Of a DNA stretch of 43,072 nt, positions 40,073 through 43,072 are shown piece after piece; within the stretch, counting starts at the first letter, position 1, and every line of letters begins with the position of its first letter. The stretch lies in contig JNEM01010509.1 in NCBI GenBank assembly GCA_000697335.1, positions 1 through 43,072 of the forward strand. Direction: 5' to 3'. The DNA comes from Conidiobolus incongruus B7586. Taxonomy: Eukaryota. A model generated the notes under the pieces. That model was not told the DNA's origin. It was given only the letters and a program-made list of their open reading frames with translations, and did no database searches. The position numbers and the translations under genes are program-made.

Positions 40073-42392
40073 GAATAAGCTTAAATAGTTATATTTTTTT
40101 AGTACAAATAATCATCAAATGAATTTGCTTTAATATATATTAATATACTTTCAATAATTTATTTATTTTATTATACCTTTTTTTGAAATAATTTTATAAT
40201 TTCTAATAACTGAAATTTACTAAAAAATGAATATTATTAATTATAGAAAAAAATATTATTAAGAAGATAAAATTATAATAATAATAATAATAATAATAAT
40301 AGCTGAATGTTATAATTCTAAATAAAAAACAATATCAATTAATAATTAATAAATAAAGCTGTAAAATTACTCCAGACCCTTGAATGCTGAACAATTTGGA
40401 AAGTTATTAAAAATTATTAATAAAGCTTAGTTTATCATATCCAATATATCCAAAATTTTAGTTAATCATCAATTATACATATATTTATTAAGTTCTATGG
40501 ATGAAACTTAAACTTACAGTATTAATAACTTTTAAAATTAAATTAAATTAAAATCATCATTGATCAAGTATTAATTAATTAATTATTTTATTTTATTTTA
40601 TATAAAGTTAAAAATTCTCAAATATTTAAAAAAAAAAGAAAATTAGTATAATTAAACTGATTTGAAAAATATTTTATAATAATATTTATAATAATAAAAT
40701 TAATTAATTTTATTTATAAATGAATAACTAATAGATCAACTAAAAAATATATTTTATGTATTTATTAAATTAAAATATTTAATGAATTATTAGTACAAAT
40801 AACTTATATGCATTTTACCTTTCGTGGTATAAGAGTTGCCAGAACTATTATTTACCAAAAGAAGCAATTTGAACTATTTAATGAATTAACAAACTTTGTG
40901 AATTTTTATAATAATAAAACACCAAGTATACTATAAATATTAAAGTATACTAAATTGATGAATAATTATTGAATTCAAAAGAATGATGTAATATAGTATA
41001 AAAACAAATATAATTTTAAAGGTAAATACAATATAATTTTGAAATTATAAGTTAAAATCATAATAATAAATTAATAAAATAATATACTTCTATGATAAAA
41101 TCACAGTTTGTGTAAAGAAAATGATTTATTAATATTATTTATATAATTTATTGCTGAAAGGTTGATTATAAAAATCTTAATCTGAGAGTAATTTGAATGT
41201 CAAAGTTGAAAATTTAATATTACACTAATGTGTAAATCATAGTGTTATTATTATATACTTATATTCAGTTATTTTTGTTCTTTTTGAAATATAAGTCTAA
41301 AGAATAAAATTTTAATTGTCAGATAAATTATACAACGTCGATTTATTTCAATCATTTAAATATATAGATAAATATATATAATACACTTATTGCTTTTTCT
41401 AATTGAAACAAAATTAAAAATTATTAATGAACAGCTAAAATCATTTTTAATTAAAATAAATTTACTTAGCAGATTTAAGACTGATTATTAATATACAATT
41501 AAAACTATATCGTAAAATTTGGATATTGGACCTATTGTTTTTTAAATATATATATTTATGACATGACCTATATAATTAATTGTTTTTGATCTAATTTTTT
41601 TCAATAAATCAGATAAATTATTAGCAGATCAATGAAAAATACATAATATTAAGCAGCTCTACACAGATAGGTATATTTTAAAATATTGACTAAAATTCAT
41701 TTAAAAATATGAAAAAAAAAACGATCAACTCATGAATAAAATCTTTGTTATTCAGTCTCAGCTATATATATATATATAATTTGTAAATTAGAAATGTATT
41801 TAACCTTTCCATCAAGTAATATATATTAATCAATAATAAGTTTTGATTATATTAGTATATATTAATTGTATAAAATTTGAAAATAGCTTTTGTTTTTTTA
41901 ATTCATTTGTTAATGATATTAAACAGATATTAGTTTATTAAAAATTTTGGTATTTCAATTTAGTATTTTATTTATACAGACTCTAAAGAAAGGAATGTTC
42001 AATTTTAGCTAGTGATTTTATCTATTAATGTCATTAAGTGATTAATGATTATAATTAAATGAATATTTATATTAATTATTTTACAATTTAATTATAAAAT
42101 ATAAGTAAATATTTGTTGATTTATTAATTTTTATTTTATTTCAAAATAAGTATAATTTACGTTTTTTTATATTTAATCAATTTAAAATAAAATAATTTAA
42201 TATTAATATATTAAAATTTATATTTAAATGATTGATAAAATATATTAATAAGCTTATTTAATAATAAAAATAATTTAATTTGTATAAATATATATAAGAA
42301 TATAATGAGAAAAATTATTTAAATATTTAACTATAGTAAAATCAAAATGGAAATATAAATTTTTATTAGATCAGAATAAAATATAAAACAGA

Positions 42393-42414
42393 ATCACGTG
42401 ATGAACCAACCAAT
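42393..42414 (+). promoter_or_regulatory. Palindromic E-box ATCACGTGAT plus CCAAT box in the RPL17 promoter
   Basis: ATCACGTGAT at 42393-42402 and CCAAT at 42410-42414, ~110 nt upstream of a pyrimidine tract that is the probable transcription start. Confidence 0.45.
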
Positions 42415-42543
42415 CACAATTTAGAATCAATTGTAAGTTTGGCGAAATAATGAGATGTTAGTATAGGCCAAAATGGTTGAATTATACGTTGTATTAGTGA
42501 TCCAAACGGATTCCTTCTCTTTCGATCTCTAGTTTATCTCAAG

Positions 42544-42840
42544 GTACGCTACCTTGTTTGAAAAAAATTAGTTAGAGCGCAAAGTGTCTAAATGAGCAAT
42601 ATGTGATAAATATATTATGTAAAACAAAGTGTAAAAAAATAAATGATCAAAGAATGGGCATCTCGGGATTCGAATCAATCTTGATCTATAATCAAAAAAA
42701 AATCGAATACATCCATACAATCATCATACATCCATCGTATATCGTCAAACATCAAATATACTCAGACCACTTGCTCCAACCAATTTTTTCAAATATATAT
42801 ATACTTTGTTAGGAAAATTGATTATTAACTTTTTGACCAG
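42544..42840 (+). other. Probable 5'-UTR intron of RPL17 (297 nt)
   Basis: AAG|GTACGC donor after a short pyrimidine-rich leader (42511-42543); ATTAAC branch-like site and TTTTTGACCAG acceptor 21 nt before the ATG. Confidence 0.55.
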
Positions 42841-42861
42841 AATTAGGAGACAACAATCACA

Positions 42862-43072
42862 ATGGTGAGATACTCTGCTACCCCCGCTAACCCCGAGAAA
42901 TGTAAACATTTATTACAAAATACAAATTAGTATCCTATTTAACTTACTTAGTATGATATTTAGCCGCCTTGACTAGAGGATCCTACCTCCGTGTTCACTT
43001 CAAGAACACCCACGAAGTTGGTGCCGTCTTAAACGGTATGAAATTACTCAAGGCCATCAAATACCTCAACGA
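42862..43072 (+). CDS. RPL17: 60S ribosomal protein L17 (uL22), 5' portion; runs off the right edge
   Basis: Exons 42862-42901 and 42964->43072 give MVRYSATPANPEKSALTRGSYLRVHFKNTHEVGAVLNGMKLLKAIKYLN, the conserved eukaryotic uL22 N-terminus. Confidence 0.95.

Noticed and set aside
37051..40300. (AAT)n/(ATT)n runs and palindromes at ~37051, 37690, 38281, 38810 and 40273
   Set aside because: Simple microsatellites with no spacers, terminal inverted repeats or target-site duplications; not CRISPR or MITE.
42568..42680. tRNA-like words in the RPL17 intron (AGTTAGAGCGC, GGATTCGAATC) and ORF 42603-42812
   Set aside because: No cloverleaf or acceptor stem; the ORF has a GTG start and low-complexity content.

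Overview
A very AT-rich eukaryotic window with short (~50-60 nt) GT-AG introns. It is fungal and probably from an early-diverging lineage such as Zoopagomycota/Conidiobolus-like fungi (inferred from composition, intron style and gene content, not proven). Because of splicing, the ORF track misses or fragments most genes, so I assembled them by hand. Genes in order: 5' part of a TRA1/TRRAP-like gene (-); an ALKBH7-like dioxygenase with three inactivating lesions; an intronless Pho85-type (Pcl) cyclin (-); two tandem SKP1 genes with nucleotide-identical CDSs but unrelated flanks; mitofusin FZO1; an orphan 7TM GPCR-like gene; a 16-exon, ~860-aa uncharacterised protein with a His...Asn-Cys permuted papain-like signature; a decayed tRNA; a HIG1/Rcf1-like gene (-); an ERp38/PDIA6-type PDI; a CBM21 PP1 glycogen-targeting subunit (-); and the start of RPL17. 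The long intergenic stretches contain stop-riddled coding relics, several resembling F-box/LRR proteins and clustered around the SKP1 pair. Best leads: the uncharacterised putative thiol-hydrolase, and the homogenised SKP1 duplicate among decayed F-box-like genes. No prokaryotic features, CRISPR arrays or intact transposons were seen.
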